In this document: positions 63,440-64,000 of the stretch, piece after piece | Position numbering within the stretch: position 1 is the stretch's first letter | How the letters are laid out: each line of letters begins with the position of its first letter | Translations under genes and position numbers: made by a program | From: Massalongia carnosa | Lineage: Eukaryota | NCBI GenBank assembly: GCA_965645245.1 | Contig: OZ287087.1 | Location: 930,001 to 994,000, forward strand | Direction of reading: 5' to 3' | DNA: 64,000 nucleotides | Notes under the pieces: generated by a model | Told to the model about the DNA's origin: nothing | Databases searched by the model: none | Seen by the model: the letters and a program-made list of their open reading frames with translations, nothing else

Positions 63440-64000
63440 TCATTCAATCAGCAAAACGCGTTCTTGAATGAACATAGCGAAAAGAAGGAAAGCTTGCGTG
63501 AGAAAATCAAGGAGTATCTTGATCGTGTGGGCACTGTGGGTGACCCGGTGGCGTTACAGTTGCTGAAAAAGTCAGCGGAGCTTTTGTAAACGCAAAAGCA
63601 GATCGACGACGAAGTCGCAAAGGCGCCCAATATCCTCAATGACACTCTACAATCTATTCAACAAAGACTGACACGCATAGAGCAGAAGGATACAACTCGC
63701 CAAAGCTGAGCCGCTGCCACCACGGGGCGAGGTCGTGATGGACCCGCACCCCCAGCGAAGAAAAATGTCAAGTCCCAACCGACTCCAAAGGACAAAACAC
63801 CTACACCGAAGGAAGCGCGACGCGCTCGAGAAATCATTGTTCACATAACGGAGAATGCAGATAAGGAAAAAATGAAGCTGATGCCAACCAAAGAGCTGGT
63901 AGAAAAATTGCAAAATGGAGCGGAAGGAATACGAGGAGTGTCGCGCTTGTTAAATGGCGACATAAGGATTCACACGGAATCATTGGAGGCAAAGAAAATT
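63440..64000 (+). pseudogene. 5' end (ORF1) of another family-C Tad1 LINE running off the window
   Basis: KIKEYLDRVGTVGDP...MKLMPTKELVEKLQNGAEGIRGVSRLLNGD, homologous to 27551-28120; contains stops. Confidence 0.88.

Overview
This is a eukaryotic, almost certainly filamentous-ascomycete, transposon graveyard. I can support no host gene, tRNA, rRNA or CRISPR array. About 90% of the window resolves into nested mobile elements, many with readable target-site duplications (TSDs). They comprise six Tad1-clade LINE copies or fragments, three Ty1/Copia copies, two Ty3/Gypsy remnants, about ten solo LTRs, a TRIM-like miniature LTR element, four pogo/Fot1 relics, two Tc1-like elements, two inverted hAT copies plus two hAT MITEs, and a split Helitron with a second Helitron 5' end. 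Short spliceosomal-type introns in the hAT transposase support a fungal origin. The best candidate for a novel system is a ~630-bp non-coding retroposon (25193-25824, minus strand, 14-bp TSD) whose 5' end is a complete HDV-like self-cleaving ribozyme fold. Also notable are a DD38E Tc1-like transposon flanked by a TCC rather than TA duplication (with an empty-site control in the window), a covarying 3'-UTR RNA structure shared by five Tad1 LINE tails, and a coding-dead Copia with young LTRs and a 50-bp higher-order tandem array. All coordinates were read by eye and may be off by a few bases.
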